Of a stretch of DNA of 27,682 nucleotides, positions 1 through 9,210 are shown piece by piece. The translations under genes were made by a program, and so were the position numbers. This DNA comes from a virus (lineage: Duplodnaviria; Caudoviricetes). The stretch spans positions 1-27,682 of IMG/VR virus record IMGVR_UViG_3300032303_001047, one strand, 5' to 3'. The notes below the pieces were generated by a model that was given only the letters and a program-made list of their open reading frames with translations, did not search any database and was not told where the DNA came from. Positions within the stretch are counted from its first letter, which is position 1. Every line of letters begins with the position of its first letter.

Positions 1-131
1 AGAGTAATGCCCAATTGAAAGAGTTTTTGGGTTCCCTTACAGATGAACAAAGGGATGTATATGACAGGGCTAAAGACAAGAGAAAGGATACGGCTAATGC
101 CGCTTTGGATCTTTTGAAAGAAATGCAATAA
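1..131 (+). CDS. 3' end of a gene truncated by the window edge (...SNAQLKEFLGSLTDEQRDVYDRAKDKRKDTANAALDLLKEMQ*)
   Basis: Open frame from base 3 to TAA at 129-131; helical, protein-like composition. Confidence 0.6.
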   Translation, partial: SNAQLKEFLGSLTDEQRDVYDRAKDKRKDTANAALDLLKEMQ

Positions 132-184
132 ACCTCTTGCAATCCTTTCCAAAATCGGATTGATTTGAGGCTCAAGCAACCACT

Positions 185-823
185 ATGAAAAAGTATAAAA
201 GAGGAGATAGGCGAGAGGATGGTATGATTTTTTGGAGATACAATCCTCGTTATAACAATGGAGAATATTGGATTACAAAAGATAAATTTGAATCCATGAA
301 TAAAGTTGAATTGGAAAGGGTTAAGAAATGGCAAATTGATAACCATTCCAAACGGAAAACTTATATTAGATATTGGAATAAACTAAATTATTATTCTATT
401 AGGAAAAAGCAGGGTGAGTATTTTAGAAATAGAATGAAATCTGATAAGGTTTTTAGGTTAATAAAAAATGTTAGACATAGAATATCAAGATCATTTTTGC
501 AAAAGGGATATACAAAAAAGTCTCAATCCTATCATATTATTGGATGTTCATGGGCTGATCTAATAAAACATATTGAATCACAATTCAAAGATGGCATGAG
601 TTGGGAAAATCGCCATTTGTGGCATATCGACCATATTATTCCTATAGCAATAGCAAAAACAGAAGAAGAAGTTTTTAGGTTGAATCATTATACAAATCTA
701 AGGCCGCTTTGGGCGCATGAGAACTTTGCCAAAAAAGACAAAATAACTCCTGAAGCATTGTTGTGGACATTCTGTAAAAACCTTGATATAAAATCATACT
801 TCAGCAACCACCAATATGTCTAA
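185..823 (+). CDS. HNH-type (homing) endonuclease
   Basis: WHIDHIIP...NHYTNLRPLWAHENFAK HNH core; basic N-terminus; AT-richer than neighbours. Confidence 0.8.
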   Translation: MKKYKRGDRREDGMIFWRYNPRYNNGEYWITKDKFESMNKVELERVKKWQIDNHSKRKTYIRYWNKLNYYSIRKKQGEYFRNRMKSDKVFRLIKNVRHRISRSFLQKGYTKKSQSYHIIGCSWADLIKHIESQFKDGMSWENRHLWHIDHIIPIAIAKTEEEVFRLNHYTNLRPLWAHENFAKKDKITPEALLWTFCKNLDIKSYFSNHQYV

Positions 824-1175
824 AAAATATATCCTACCGCCGTCCCTTAAATCCTCATTCGAGGAAGATCCCGTTCTAAAGCAAATCAAAGAACAGGGAG
901 AATCCAAGAAGATGCCTGAAGTCAGCTTCTATCAGGCTGTAGTTCTTGCTCTGCTTGAGCAGAGAAACTATTTCATGGTCGAGACTTTTCGTTATGCACA
1001 GCAATATGGACAACTGCCGCCACTAGAAAACAATGAGAATGAATCAGTCACCATCAAAGCAGAAACGGAAGTACCAGAGAAGGAAGAAGGCGTTGAACTC
1101 AAAGTCCTCCCTCCTCCCACAGAGCAACCTAGAACCAAGTTCACCAAGACCTATTCCGATGACAATCAAAGCTAA
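816..1175 (+). CDS. hypothetical protein
   Basis: 119-aa ORF overlapping the upstream stop; AACCAC leader motif. Confidence 0.6.
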   Translation: MSKKYILPPSLKSSFEEDPVLKQIKEQGESKKMPEVSFYQAVVLALLEQRNYFMVETFRYAQQYGQLPPLENNENESVTIKAETEVPEKEEGVELKVLPPPTEQPRTKFTKTYSDDNQS

Positions 1176-1362
1176 TCCTATTGCTGAAATGGAAAAGCAA
1201 TCTGCTTGGGAAGCAATTATCTCTGGGCTTGCGGCATCTGGTGAGCTATCTCCAGAGACGCTTGCTCAAAAGGGTGGATCGGAGCGTGTTAAGATCCTAG
1301 CAGTACACGCCGCTAATTTGGCTGGACATTTCCATGCCGCTTATAGCAAAGCCAGCAAGTAG
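1159..1362 (+). CDS. hypothetical protein (MTIKANPIAEMEKQ...)
   Basis: Internal ATG at 1159 of the 1033..1362 ORF gives coupled overlaps with both neighbours. Confidence 0.55.
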   Translation: MTIKANPIAEMEKQSAWEAIISGLAASGELSPETLAQKGGSERVKILAVHAANLAGHFHAAYSKASK

Positions 1363-2878
1363 GTTGGTAATCCAGTTAGGTCGGGCGGGGGATGTAATCA
1401 ATATCCTGCCAATCCTATATCAAGAGTTTCTTTTTACAGGGGAAAAGCAACGATTGATGGTTGCCAAGGATTATGCCGACATCCTTGAGGGTACATCCTA
1501 CATTGAACCTGTAATCTACGATGGGGATTTTGCTGATATTACAGGGGCTATTGAGTATGCCAAAACGCTTGGTGAGGAATATACAACCACTCAAGTAATC
1601 GGTATACCAGATGTTGTGGTATCACAGGTTTATGGAAACAACCATAGCCCAAAGATTATCTGTGATGGCTTCCAAAAAGATAGCTACAAGCTATTGGGCA
1701 AGCTGGATTTATGGCCTAACCAGCCTCCTCTGGTGTTTGATCGTAGGGATAAGAAGAGGGAAAAATTGCTATACAAGTATATCCCTACTGATAAGCCTTG
1801 GTTGGTAGTCAGCACAGGGGGCGTATCGTCTCCTTTTCTGTATAATGATTTGCTTTGGGAGCTACTGAACAATTCTCTAACAGAGTTTCATGTCGTTGAC
1901 CTATCGAAAATCAAGGCAGAACGCTTCTATGATATTTTAGGTATCATGGATCATCCGAATACAGCGGCAATGATCCTTACGGATAGTGGCAATCTGCATC
2001 TCTCCTATGCCTCTAAAAAGCCTGTTCATGCTATAGTGGCAGATTCTCCTACGATGTGGCATGGAGCCGCTTGGAGGCCATCCTACGCTTCTTATACACG
2101 CTATGGGAATTTCCCACGGGATGTCACTAGGATCTTGGATCTTATCAGAAAGCCACGCGCCAAGCCAAAGCTACCGAATATCATCCATGTTTATCAAAGA
2201 ACCCCTTGGGCTACAGGAGATGAAAAGCGCAGGAATGCCATAGCCACTATGACATGGGAGAATATCGGGTGGGTCGATTGTGGGTTGGATGACAACTGCT
2301 TTGTAAGAAACTCATCCAATGTAATACCCACAGAAAAGAAGAGCATTCCCATGATTAAGGATATGCTCCGAATGGCCTGTGTCGGGCGTGATGATAAGGA
2401 TGTATTGGTGCTGACTAATTCAGATACTTGTGTGGCATCAAACATAATTGAACGGCTTGCTGGACAACTCCCTGCTTATGCCTTCCGATATGACTTCAAA
2501 TACATAGATAAACCGATACCCGACGATAACATTATCTATGGTAATAAGTATGCGGGATGTGATCTTTTTGTGATGAGGGTAGGATGGTGGAGGCGTAACC
2601 ATACCCTTTTTCCCGACATGGTTCTAGGAAGGCATAGTTGGGACAGAATCTTCAGAGAACTGATTAAATTATCTCAAGGTCGTGAGATAAATTATCTAAT
2701 CTACCACGAACGGCATCCATCGGCATGGGAAGACCCTCGCAATCTCAACAACGACCCTTCCAACTTACGCAATTGCAAGTTGGCGAGAGAGTGGCTACAG
2801 GCAAGGAATATGCCCCTGCTTGAGATAGAGAACCTTAACTACGAGGGACGAAATAAGAAGCCAGCAAAGAAGCGTTAG
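1334..2878 (+). CDS. two-domain glycosyltransferase: N-terminal GT9 (heptosyltransferase-like), C-terminal putative GT-A-like domain
   Basis: QLGRAGDVINILP and LTDSGNLHLSYASKKPVHAI resemble the GT9 motifs (LGDxx / DSGxxHLAxA); second half has VLVLTNSD, a DxD-like motif. Confidence 0.7.
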   Translation: MPLIAKPASRLVIQLGRAGDVINILPILYQEFLFTGEKQRLMVAKDYADILEGTSYIEPVIYDGDFADITGAIEYAKTLGEEYTTTQVIGIPDVVVSQVYGNNHSPKIICDGFQKDSYKLLGKLDLWPNQPPLVFDRRDKKREKLLYKYIPTDKPWLVVSTGGVSSPFLYNDLLWELLNNSLTEFHVVDLSKIKAERFYDILGIMDHPNTAAMILTDSGNLHLSYASKKPVHAIVADSPTMWHGAAWRPSYASYTRYGNFPRDVTRILDLIRKPRAKPKLPNIIHVYQRTPWATGDEKRRNAIATMTWENIGWVDCGLDDNCFVRNSSNVIPTEKKSIPMIKDMLRMACVGRDDKDVLVLTNSDTCVASNIIERLAGQLPAYAFRYDFKYIDKPIPDDNIIYGNKYAGCDLFVMRVGWWRRNHTLFPDMVLGRHSWDRIFRELIKLSQGREINYLIYHERHPSAWEDPRNLNNDPSNLRNCKLAREWLQARNMPLLEIENLNYEGRNKKPAKKR

Positions 2879-3543
2879 CGTCTGGTGAAGATACAATCCC
2901 AATTTTGATCGTAATAACGGAATATTTCCCTGTACTCCCAATTGGGGAGATATTTCAGAATATCATCACAAACATAACCAAAGTTTGCTAGGGCATTAGG
3001 ATTAAATTCGCATACGATATACTTTAACGCAGGGTTGTTCAAAAGTTCTTTAGAACCTTCTAGGATCGCTGGTTCAAATCCTTCAGCGTCTAACTTTAGA
3101 AAGATATTAGCATCATCTTGAATGAAGTTTTTGTAATGATCGTCTAGTCGCATTGTTACTCTATTACCCCCTTCAACAACGGGTCTTCCCCCCATATTTC
3201 CTCCTTCAGAGTGATATATCTCAACAAGCCTTCCATCTCCAAGGGGTGTATGAATGCTTATTGCTTCTTTGCAGTTGTGCTTCAAGCATTGAAAGGCATC
3301 ACCTTGAGGTTCAAATGCAAGAACCTTAAATCCTTTGTCTATGAAGATCCTTGCTGTGTCTCCAATAAAAGCTCCCACATCAATTACCCATGATCCTTCT
3401 GGCATTGAATTAAGTTCTGGTAGATCAATAAAATCTTTATCATACCCTAGCTTGCCAAAGTATTTGACTTGCTTGGATATTGATTGGTCGTTTTTAAGCA
3501 ACCAATAACCTTTATATTCTTCAACAAAATTAGGTATTTTCAT
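2875..3543 (-). CDS. FkbM-family SAM-dependent methyltransferase
   Basis: VIDVGAFIG, VLAFEP, RLDD, FLKLDAEGFE...ILEG motifs. Confidence 0.9.
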   Translation of the reverse strand: MKIPNFVEEYKGYWLLKNDQSISKQVKYFGKLGYDKDFIDLPELNSMPEGSWVIDVGAFIGDTARIFIDKGFKVLAFEPQGDAFQCLKHNCKEAISIHTPLGDGRLVEIYHSEGGNMGGRPVVEGGNRVTMRLDDHYKNFIQDDANIFLKLDAEGFEPAILEGSKELLNNPALKYIVCEFNPNALANFGYVCDDILKYLPNWEYREIFRYYDQNWDCIFTRR

Positions 3544-3758
3544 TCGTCAGAATTGTCTTCTCTTTCCTCTGGCATAACGAATGGCGTTATGGGTGTAGGC
3601 TGGAGAATATCCTGTGCAACAGGCATGGGTGTAATGCTGATGTACTCGCCACATTTAGATCCATCGGTTTCCGAAAGGTTTGCGATATAGAATGTCTGCG
3701 GAACGATTGGAGCCATGTACATGGTTCCTGCGGTTATTAATGGTAGTATAGGGTTCAT
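3540..3758 (-). CDS. hypothetical protein
   Basis: 4-bp overlaps with both neighbours. Confidence 0.55.
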   Translation of the reverse strand: MNPILPLITAGTMYMAPIVPQTFYIANLSETDGSKCGEYISITPMPVAQDILQPTPITPFVMPEEREDNSDE

Positions 3759-4045
3759 AGTTTGTTTTTATGGTTTACGCTCGACATATGCCAGTTGCCT
3801 CGCACAATGTCACATTCATAGGCTCGGAGAAAACCTGTTCCTCCGAATCCTTGTTTGAGCCTATGCTTGATTGCGGCATCACATTTAGCTTCGGATGTAT
3901 AAGCCGACTTGCCACAGGCACATTTCTTGGGCTTTTCATGCCCTTTAATTAGCCCCATTTCTATGGCCTCCTGTTTATTGATTGGAGGAATGTCAGGGGT
4001 TTCTAACCCGATTTCGTTTAGAATAAAGTCAATTCTGCTTTTCAT
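3755..4045 (-). CDS. hypothetical phage protein, possibly Zn-binding
   Basis: Probable start MKSRIDF at 4045; CACGK and RAYEC...WHMSS motifs. Confidence 0.6.
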   Translation of the reverse strand: MKSRIDFILNEIGLETPDIPPINKQEAIEMGLIKGHEKPKKCACGKSAYTSEAKCDAAIKHRLKQGFGGTGFLRAYECDIVRGNWHMSSVNHKNKL

Positions 4046-4199
4046 ATTCTTTTGCATCGATGAAGTAATCGCACTTGTCTTTCCCATCTGGATCAAATTG
4101 TACATAGGATTGCCATTCTGGATGTGTAGGGGCTAGATACCTCCAACACTTCTTGTGTGATGGGCAATCTGTATTCTGGCATTTAGATATATCTGTCAT
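4029..4199 (-). CDS. small Cys-rich phage protein (MTDISKC...C...C.RY...QSY...CDYF)
   Basis: Four spaced Cys; ATGA overlap with upstream gene. Confidence 0.65.
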   Translation of the reverse strand: MTDISKCQNTDCPSHKKCWRYLAPTHPEWQSYVQFDPDGKDKCDYFIDAKEYEKQN

Positions 4200-4477
4200 T
4201 GATTTATTTCTTTTTTTAGGTCGCTCAAATCTTTGCATGATTTCCTGGCATCTGCTGGTGTGTCCAAATCCATGATGCGATTTGCTATTTCTATTGCCCT
4301 AGTAAGCTGACCTTCAATCTTCTTGCAAAGATCACGGCAAGCCGCTGTATCTTCCCAATGAGGGGTTTCAATCCAGTTATGGCGTAATGCCTCTCCAAAC
4401 TTATCTGATCGTGGGGTATCAGACTTGGATTGTTCCACAATGAAATCACCTACAAGATGTTTAATTTCTTCACTCAT
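4196..4477 (-). CDS. hypothetical protein
   Basis: 93-aa ORF in a tightly packed operon; SDTPRSD motif. Confidence 0.6.
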   Translation of the reverse strand: MSEEIKHLVGDFIVEQSKSDTPRSDKFGEALRHNWIETPHWEDTAACRDLCKKIEGQLTRAIEIANRIMDLDTPADARKSCKDLSDLKKEINQ

Positions 4478-4622
4478 CTATTGCGGCCTTGATTGCTTCG
4501 TCGATCTTTAGGGTCTTACCTAAAGCATTAAGCATCTGGATTTCCGATAGAACGGATTCAAGATAGCTGATGTGCTTTTTTAGGCGTTCAATTACTTCTA
4601 CCATAGGGTCTTGTGGTGTCAT
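4470..4622 (-). CDS. hypothetical coiled-coil microprotein (MTPQDPMVEVIERLKKHISYLE..., 50 aa)
   Basis: Translated manually; fills the gap exactly; AACCACGCA leader. Confidence 0.6.
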   Translation of the reverse strand: MTPQDPMVEVIERLKKHISYLESVLSEIQMLNALGKTLKIDEAIKAAIDE

Positions 4623-4630
4623 ATGCGTGG

Positions 4631-5125
4631 TTATTTGGTTATACTATCAAGGTATTCTTGTTGGATTGATTTAGGCCAGATTTTGAATGGGAATGTATTC
4701 CATGTAGGGTGGACAAGCATGGAGTCGGGATATACCCAACAACGCCAATCAAATGCTGATTGTTCATCTGCCCCAAGTCGTGAGGTGATGCTTGGCTTTT
4801 TGGATTTAAGGGCATCGTAATCCATTCCTTCATCCTCGTAGCGTCCTTGATTAAGCCAAGTGCTAGGGTTTGGGATAAACTTGCCACCCTCTTTTTGCCA
4901 ATCGGGAGAAGCGATAGCCTTTTTTAATGCTGGAAGAACTGATTCTATAGATAGCTTTTTGCGCTTCCATATCTCCTCACAATAGCCCTTTGCTACCTTT
5001 TTGGGGTATGCCCTCCAGAAGTCAAGGAAACCGCTTGCAGGGGCTTTCTTGGGCTTTACAGGGGCATCCTGTAGTTTGATTTGTTGCCCACAGCAGGGGC
5101 ATATCTCTGGATCAGAACTCTTCAT
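4631..5125 (-). CDS. replication-initiator / replisome-organiser C-terminal-like domain protein
   Basis: FLDFWRAYPKK...W.K.GGKFIPNPSTWLNQGRYEDE motif; N-terminal CPCCG. Confidence 0.65.
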   Translation of the reverse strand: MKSSDPEICPCCGQQIKLQDAPVKPKKAPASGFLDFWRAYPKKVAKGYCEEIWKRKKLSIESVLPALKKAIASPDWQKEGGKFIPNPSTWLNQGRYEDEGMDYDALKSKKPSITSRLGADEQSAFDWRCWVYPDSMLVHPTWNTFPFKIWPKSIQQEYLDSITK

Positions 5126-5450
5126 ATGACCATTCCTTCTTTTTGTATTGGACGGCAACGAACCGAAACCAAGGATGGTTTTCAGCCGCTACCTTTATTT
5201 TTACTCGACCTGTACCCTGCCAAAAACCTTTGACTTCATGGAACTCAATAGTGCCATCGGCATTAATTATGAAGAAGTCGGGAGTATAGGTTGTCAACTT
5301 TGCCAGCTTCAAAGCCATAGCCTCAAACTGGTAATGATGGATCTCCCCTGCCTTCTTTCGTTCCTCTAGCAATGCGGCATAGGCTTGCTCTGTTTTATTC
5401 ATCTGACCCGCCACTCGACGGATTGTATTTGCTTTGGCTCGGAATCTCAT
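5112..5450 (-). CDS. DUF1064-like PD-(D/E)xK nuclease
   Basis: MNKTE..YA..L, TYTPDF, EFHEVKG motifs. Confidence 0.8.
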   Translation of the reverse strand: MRFRAKANTIRRVAGQMNKTEQAYAALLEERKKAGEIHHYQFEAMALKLAKLTTYTPDFFIINADGTIEFHEVKGFWQGTGRVKIKVAAENHPWFRFVAVQYKKKEWSYEEF

Positions 5451-5785
5451 TCTTCGTCAAATGTTGATTTGGATAGCTTGAAAATGCCATCCAAGTCTTT
5501 TTCTTGCTTCATTATTAACCTTGAGTATCCCGCCGCAAAAGCATTGGGAAACTTGAATTGTTCATCGCTATCCACATTGATGAAATACTGCCAACGCAAT
5601 ACCTCAAACAACATTTGGATACCAATCACGGCATCGGGACGTTTACTCCTAAATTTACGAGCAAGCTGTACAAGGTTCCTGTACACATGAGGATTATTCG
5701 TATGAAACCTTTCAAACCTAGAAGCTAGATCATCAAAGATTTCATTCTCAACTGGAGAGAAATCAAAATCAAATTGGTCACTCAT
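5447..5785 (-). CDS. hypothetical phage protein
   Basis: F..FH..NPHVY...LFEVLRW...N...AGYSRLIM pattern; coupled overlaps. Confidence 0.65.
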   Translation of the reverse strand: MSDQFDFDFSPVENEIFDDLASRFERFHTNNPHVYRNLVQLARKFRSKRPDAVIGIQMLFEVLRWQYFINVDSDEQFKFPNAFAAGYSRLIMKQEKDLDGIFKLSKSTFDEE

Positions 5786-5994
5786 AATGTCACCCTAGGG
5801 AAATTGATTTGTCCCTTGTTTGAAGCAAAGCAATCTAGGTTGGAATAACTACGGCTTGCCGCTTTCATTCCTGCATCGAATGCTTCCATAACCCTCTCCT
5901 CAATAGAGGGGCATCGCTCTTGTTTATCCTCCTTGACGAGCAACCTAATGTGGTCGCTCTCAAGGTATTGGTATGCTTCTTTAGAATAGCTCAT
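5782..5994 (-). CDS. hypothetical protein
   Basis: 4-bp overlaps on both sides. Confidence 0.55.
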   Translation of the reverse strand: MSYSKEAYQYLESDHIRLLVKEDKQERCPSIEERVMEAFDAGMKAASRSYSNLDCFASNKGQINFPRVTL

Positions 5995-6227
5995 GTTAAT
6001 TTAGCTTCTCTGGCTAATCTGTCCATTTCGTTGCTAAAGAGTTGCGTGAACCTATAGCCATTAAGTTTACCATTGATTTCTTTGGCATTCTCCTTGGCGT
6101 ATTTGTATGCCTGTGGGATTAGCTTGTTTCGGCTTGCAATGTATTTGCAGGAGTGCCAGCGAGGAATGTTTTGATATTCCATGCCGTTCTTATCCAAAAT
6201 TTCTTGGCAGGAGCAGTAAGCAATCAT
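5991..6227 (-). CDS. hypothetical protein
   Basis: 4-bp overlaps on both sides. Confidence 0.55.
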   Translation of the reverse strand: MIAYCSCQEILDKNGMEYQNIPRWHSCKYIASRNKLIPQAYKYAKENAKEINGKLNGYRFTQLFSNEMDRLAREAKLT

Positions 6228-6472
6228 CGGCTGAAGTGGTATGAAGCGTAGGCAATGACTGCAATGGAGACACTAATCAAAAGAAGCAGGACTACTCCAA
6301 ACGACTTCTTCATGTCGGATAGATCCTCCTCTAAATTAAGAAGATGCTCGTAGTTCTTACGGATCATTGCCCATTGGGAATCAAGCTCCTTCTTCTGGAA
6401 CTCAAGACGAGCATCCAGTTGGTAAAGATACGAGTTTATGGTTGGCTTTTTTGTTGGTTCTTTCTTATTCAT
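6224..6472 (-). CDS. coiled-coil protein with C-terminal transmembrane helix
   Basis: Heptad pattern followed by FGVVLLLLISVSIAVIAYA. Confidence 0.65.
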   Translation of the reverse strand: MNKKEPTKKPTINSYLYQLDARLEFQKKELDSQWAMIRKNYEHLLNLEEDLSDMKKSFGVVLLLLISVSIAVIAYASYHFSR

Positions 6473-6504
6473 TTGCGTGGTTGGTTGCTTGTTTATTCTA
6501 CTGA

Positions 6505-6828
6505 TCAGAATGGAAGATTATCTTCGTCTTCGATAGGTATCTGTACTGGTTCTGGCCTCTTGAATGCCTTTGCTGGCTGAACCTTGGAAGCCCAAGAGGT
6601 GTTATCCTTGACCTTGTAGTTTCCAAGGATGGGTTGCTTCTTTTTAGCGGCTCGGCTTTCCTTAGATAGTGACTGCTTAATCACTCCATCGTTGCCATAC
6701 TGGTCGGGAACTTCTGCCCCTGTATCGTCTGTATTTGCAAACATAACGATGTCGAGGTATGTTCCTTTTTCGCCTTTGTAAAGCTCTTCCTTGTCGATTT
6801 TCGATACATCAATTTTGCCTTTAATCAT
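6505..6828 (-). CDS. putative single-stranded DNA-binding protein
   Basis: Acidic SSB-type tail EDEDNLPF; KIDVSKIDK...G.KG.YLD...DQYGN...ILGN; located beside annealase and nuclease. Confidence 0.65.
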   Translation of the reverse strand: MIKGKIDVSKIDKEELYKGEKGTYLDIVMFANTDDTGAEVPDQYGNDGVIKQSLSKESRAAKKKQPILGNYKVKDNTSWASKVQPAKAFKRPEPVQIPIEDEDNLPF

Positions 6829-6849
6829 GGTGTTGTTTTGGTTGTTGGT

Positions 6850-7068
6850 TTACTGCGGTTGAAGTTGTGTTGGTTCATTGTCATCGGTAATAAATCCCTC
6901 TGACTTTAGATAATTGAAAAGGTTCTGTAATTGTTTCGGGGTGACTTTCCGATTATCAGCAGGGAAAGCACTAAAGTGGTTGCCATGATACATAACGATC
7001 CACTCACGGCCTTTGAACATAATCCATAATGCCCTAGCGTCTTCTGGATATTCATTTTCAGCGATCAC
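6850..7068 (-). CDS. hypothetical protein (probable GTG start, IAENEYPEDARALW...)
   Basis: C-terminal part of the 6850..7395 ORF; the rest overlaps the nuclease gene. Confidence 0.55.
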   Translation of the reverse strand: MIAENEYPEDARALWIMFKGREWIVMYHGNHFSAFPADNRKVTPKQLQNLFNYLKSEGFITDDNEPTQLQPQ

Positions 7069-8128
7069 GGGAGATGGATGGTTCACCTTCCTTGGTTTCG
7101 ATGAGCCATCCAAGCTCTGCATCAAGTGCTGACTTGGCATCCTTTGGCTTGATTCCCTTTGCCTTTGCCAATGCTTTTTCGAGAGATGTGATGCTAACTT
7201 TTGTGCAAGCAAGAAACTCATCTGGTTTAAGAATACCAGAAAGCGTAGAAGCGGCGGCGGCGACATCGGGGACACTACGAGATGTTCGACCTTTTGTGAG
7301 CGATAGTCCAGCAATTTGCTGTCCTGCCATGAGCCTTGATTTGAGTTCTTTTCGGATCTCATCAATGAAATCCTCCACGACCTCGGCCTTGGCATCTAGG
7401 GAAGCCAACTCCTCATTGGAGAGGGTTGCTATGGCAACACCAGATAGGATTTGAAGTTGAGTCTTTGCGGCCTGTGCTTGCCCATAAGCGTCAGGGCAAA
7501 TGCTTTTAGCACGACACCACTTGCAAGCATCATGGGAAGGAGTTCTTGGAGCATCGGGTTTGAGAGAAGCATTTACAATGCCAAGGATCTCTTCCTTTGC
7601 GGCGGCAAGCTCACTCTCGTTGTATTCGGCAATCGTTGTGCCTCCTGCAAGCGGCTGGATGATGGAAACAAAGATCGTCTTTAATTCTGGATAAGCCTCC
7701 TTGACCAAGACGGCATAAGCCTTGAGTTGGGTGTTCTCACTTGCCCTGCCTTGGGCGGTGCGTCCTGTCTTGTAGTCGGTGACTACGGCTACATCTCCAA
7801 AGAAGTCGATACGATCAATGGCTCCAGAGAACAGGTCTTGATACCAAAAACGCTCTTCGATGATCTCCTTGGTGCGTTCTCCAAGATCCAGTTGACGGAT
7901 CATGTCAGAGAACTCGGATAGGCATCGGGTGGCGATCTCCTGACCCTCCTCGGATAGTTCCTCAAAGGGCTTTTGGTCGGCTAGGACGGCATGGACATCC
8001 GTTCCTAACTGCATATAAGGGTTAGCCTCCTGTTCTGGAAGCGTGGATTCTAGGTTCCATGACCCTGCACATAGGGCAAGTCGGCTAAAGCCACTTGCGG
8101 AGGGCTTTCCGTTTCGTTCGTTAGTCAT
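7058..8128 (-). CDS. DUF2800 / Cas4-like PD-(D/E)xK exonuclease
   Basis: PSAS...LC, GTDVH, GAIDRI, VTDYKTG, QLKAYA, CKWCRAKSICP (Fe-S-type Cys cluster). Confidence 0.85.
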   Translation of the reverse strand: MTNERNGKPSASGFSRLALCAGSWNLESTLPEQEANPYMQLGTDVHAVLADQKPFEELSEEGQEIATRCLSEFSDMIRQLDLGERTKEIIEERFWYQDLFSGAIDRIDFFGDVAVVTDYKTGRTAQGRASENTQLKAYAVLVKEAYPELKTIFVSIIQPLAGGTTIAEYNESELAAAKEEILGIVNASLKPDAPRTPSHDACKWCRAKSICPDAYGQAQAAKTQLQILSGVAIATLSNEELASLDAKAEVVEDFIDEIRKELKSRLMAGQQIAGLSLTKGRTSRSVPDVAAAASTLSGILKPDEFLACTKVSITSLEKALAKAKGIKPKDAKSALDAELGWLIETKEGEPSISRDR

Positions 8129-8301
8129 AATTTTTCAATAATGCAACGCTCATCAATAGCACCCTGACTCCAAAGTTGCCTTGCTCTATGATACATATCT
8201 TCCAATTCGTTTTCAGATATTTCTCCATTTGGAATTACAGGAGTTCCATCTGCATATTTCCATTTAGTCATATCCAAAGGGTTTTCTGGATCGGTTGTCA
8301 T
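8125..8301 (-). CDS. hypothetical microprotein (MTTDPENPLDMTKWKYADG..., 58 aa)
   Basis: Translated manually; ATGA overlap with the nuclease start. Confidence 0.55.
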   Translation of the reverse strand: MTTDPENPLDMTKWKYADGTPVIPNGEISENELEDMYHRARQLWSQGAIDERCIIEKL

Positions 8302-8302
8302 A

Positions 8303-9133
8303 TTACAGGATTGGCTTGAATGCCTTTACATCATCCCACTTGGCAATGAGTCGGTTAATGATAGCTTCGTCGATCAGGGGGTTGCCTTCCTTGTCAACTA
8401 GCTTGGATTCCTTGGTAATGCCCTTGACCTTCTTGGCAACAAGGAAGTGGATCACATGGGCATCGTTTATATCGTCACTCCACATCATGCTTTGAAGCAT
8501 GGTGATGGGGCTTGCAGGAAGCTCCTTGTGAGCGCAAGATTCATCGCAATTCTTGTGTTCATCCTCGACGATCTCGGCGGTGATGACTTCGGGTTCCTCA
8601 ACCTTGATTACAGGCTTCTCAACCTTGATCTGCTTCGTGTTCTCAAACTCGGAAACTTCCTCTGGTACATACATTCCTGATGTTGCCATCGGGCAAGTGG
8701 TTCTGATACCCTCACTCACTACCCTGCTCCGCAGCATTTGGCGAGGGAACTTGCGGAACATATCCCTGCCAGCAAGACCAGCTTGCTTGGCTCTCTCCAT
8801 GTCCCAAGTAATGCGAACCTTGCCCCCCTGTGGGTGGCTAAAGGTTGCATCGGCTAGATCATCAGTTAGATCATGCCACTCGACACTTCCCCCTGACTGA
8901 AGGAAGTCTCGGAGCATAGCTTCGGATTTCTTTGCTGGTCGGCCTTGGATGATGTCGTAATCCCTTGCGGCGAGAGCAGGGTGGCGACCTTCTGCAATGC
9001 TAATAAGCATGAGACTCATTGCGGCTTCTGGCGTTTTAATGCCAAATAAGCCCGATTTTGCGATAGCGGTTGCCATCGTTGCCATATCCCCCATAGAGGG
9101 TTGACTTGCTTGCGTGGTTATTGTATTCGTCAT
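8303..9133 (-). CDS. RecT/Red-beta-like single-strand annealing protein
   Basis: IIQGRP, AKQAGL...FRKFPRQMLRSR...IR...GMYVPEE motifs; adjacent exonuclease. Confidence 0.8.
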   Translation of the reverse strand: MTNTITTQASQPSMGDMATMATAIAKSGLFGIKTPEAAMSLMLISIAEGRHPALAARDYDIIQGRPAKKSEAMLRDFLQSGGSVEWHDLTDDLADATFSHPQGGKVRITWDMERAKQAGLAGRDMFRKFPRQMLRSRVVSEGIRTTCPMATSGMYVPEEVSEFENTKQIKVEKPVIKVEEPEVITAEIVEDEHKNCDESCAHKELPASPITMLQSMMWSDDINDAHVIHFLVAKKVKGITKESKLVDKEGNPLIDEAIINRLIAKWDDVKAFKPIL

Positions 9134-9166
9134 GTCGGTTGTGCGTGCGTGGTTGCTTGCTAACTG

Positions 9167-9208
9167 CCCCCTAGAGGTTGTCATGGCCTCTAGGGGGTTT
9201 CTTTGTTT
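9167..9208 (+). terminator. 11-bp perfect hairpin CCCCCTAGAGG/CCTCTAGGGGG with a T-rich tail on the + strand
   Basis: Arms at 9167-9177 and 9187-9197, then TTTCTTTGTTT; oriented antisense to the flanking genes. Confidence 0.5.
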
Positions 9209-9210
9209 AG

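Noticed and set aside
7069-7395. N-terminal extension of the 6850..7395 ORF as an overlapping gene
   Set aside because: Lies in an alternative frame inside the nuclease gene; GTG at 7068 gives normal coupling
7058-8128. Cas4 as evidence of a CRISPR-Cas system
   Set aside because: Solo Cas4-like nuclease in a recombination module; no array or other cas genes
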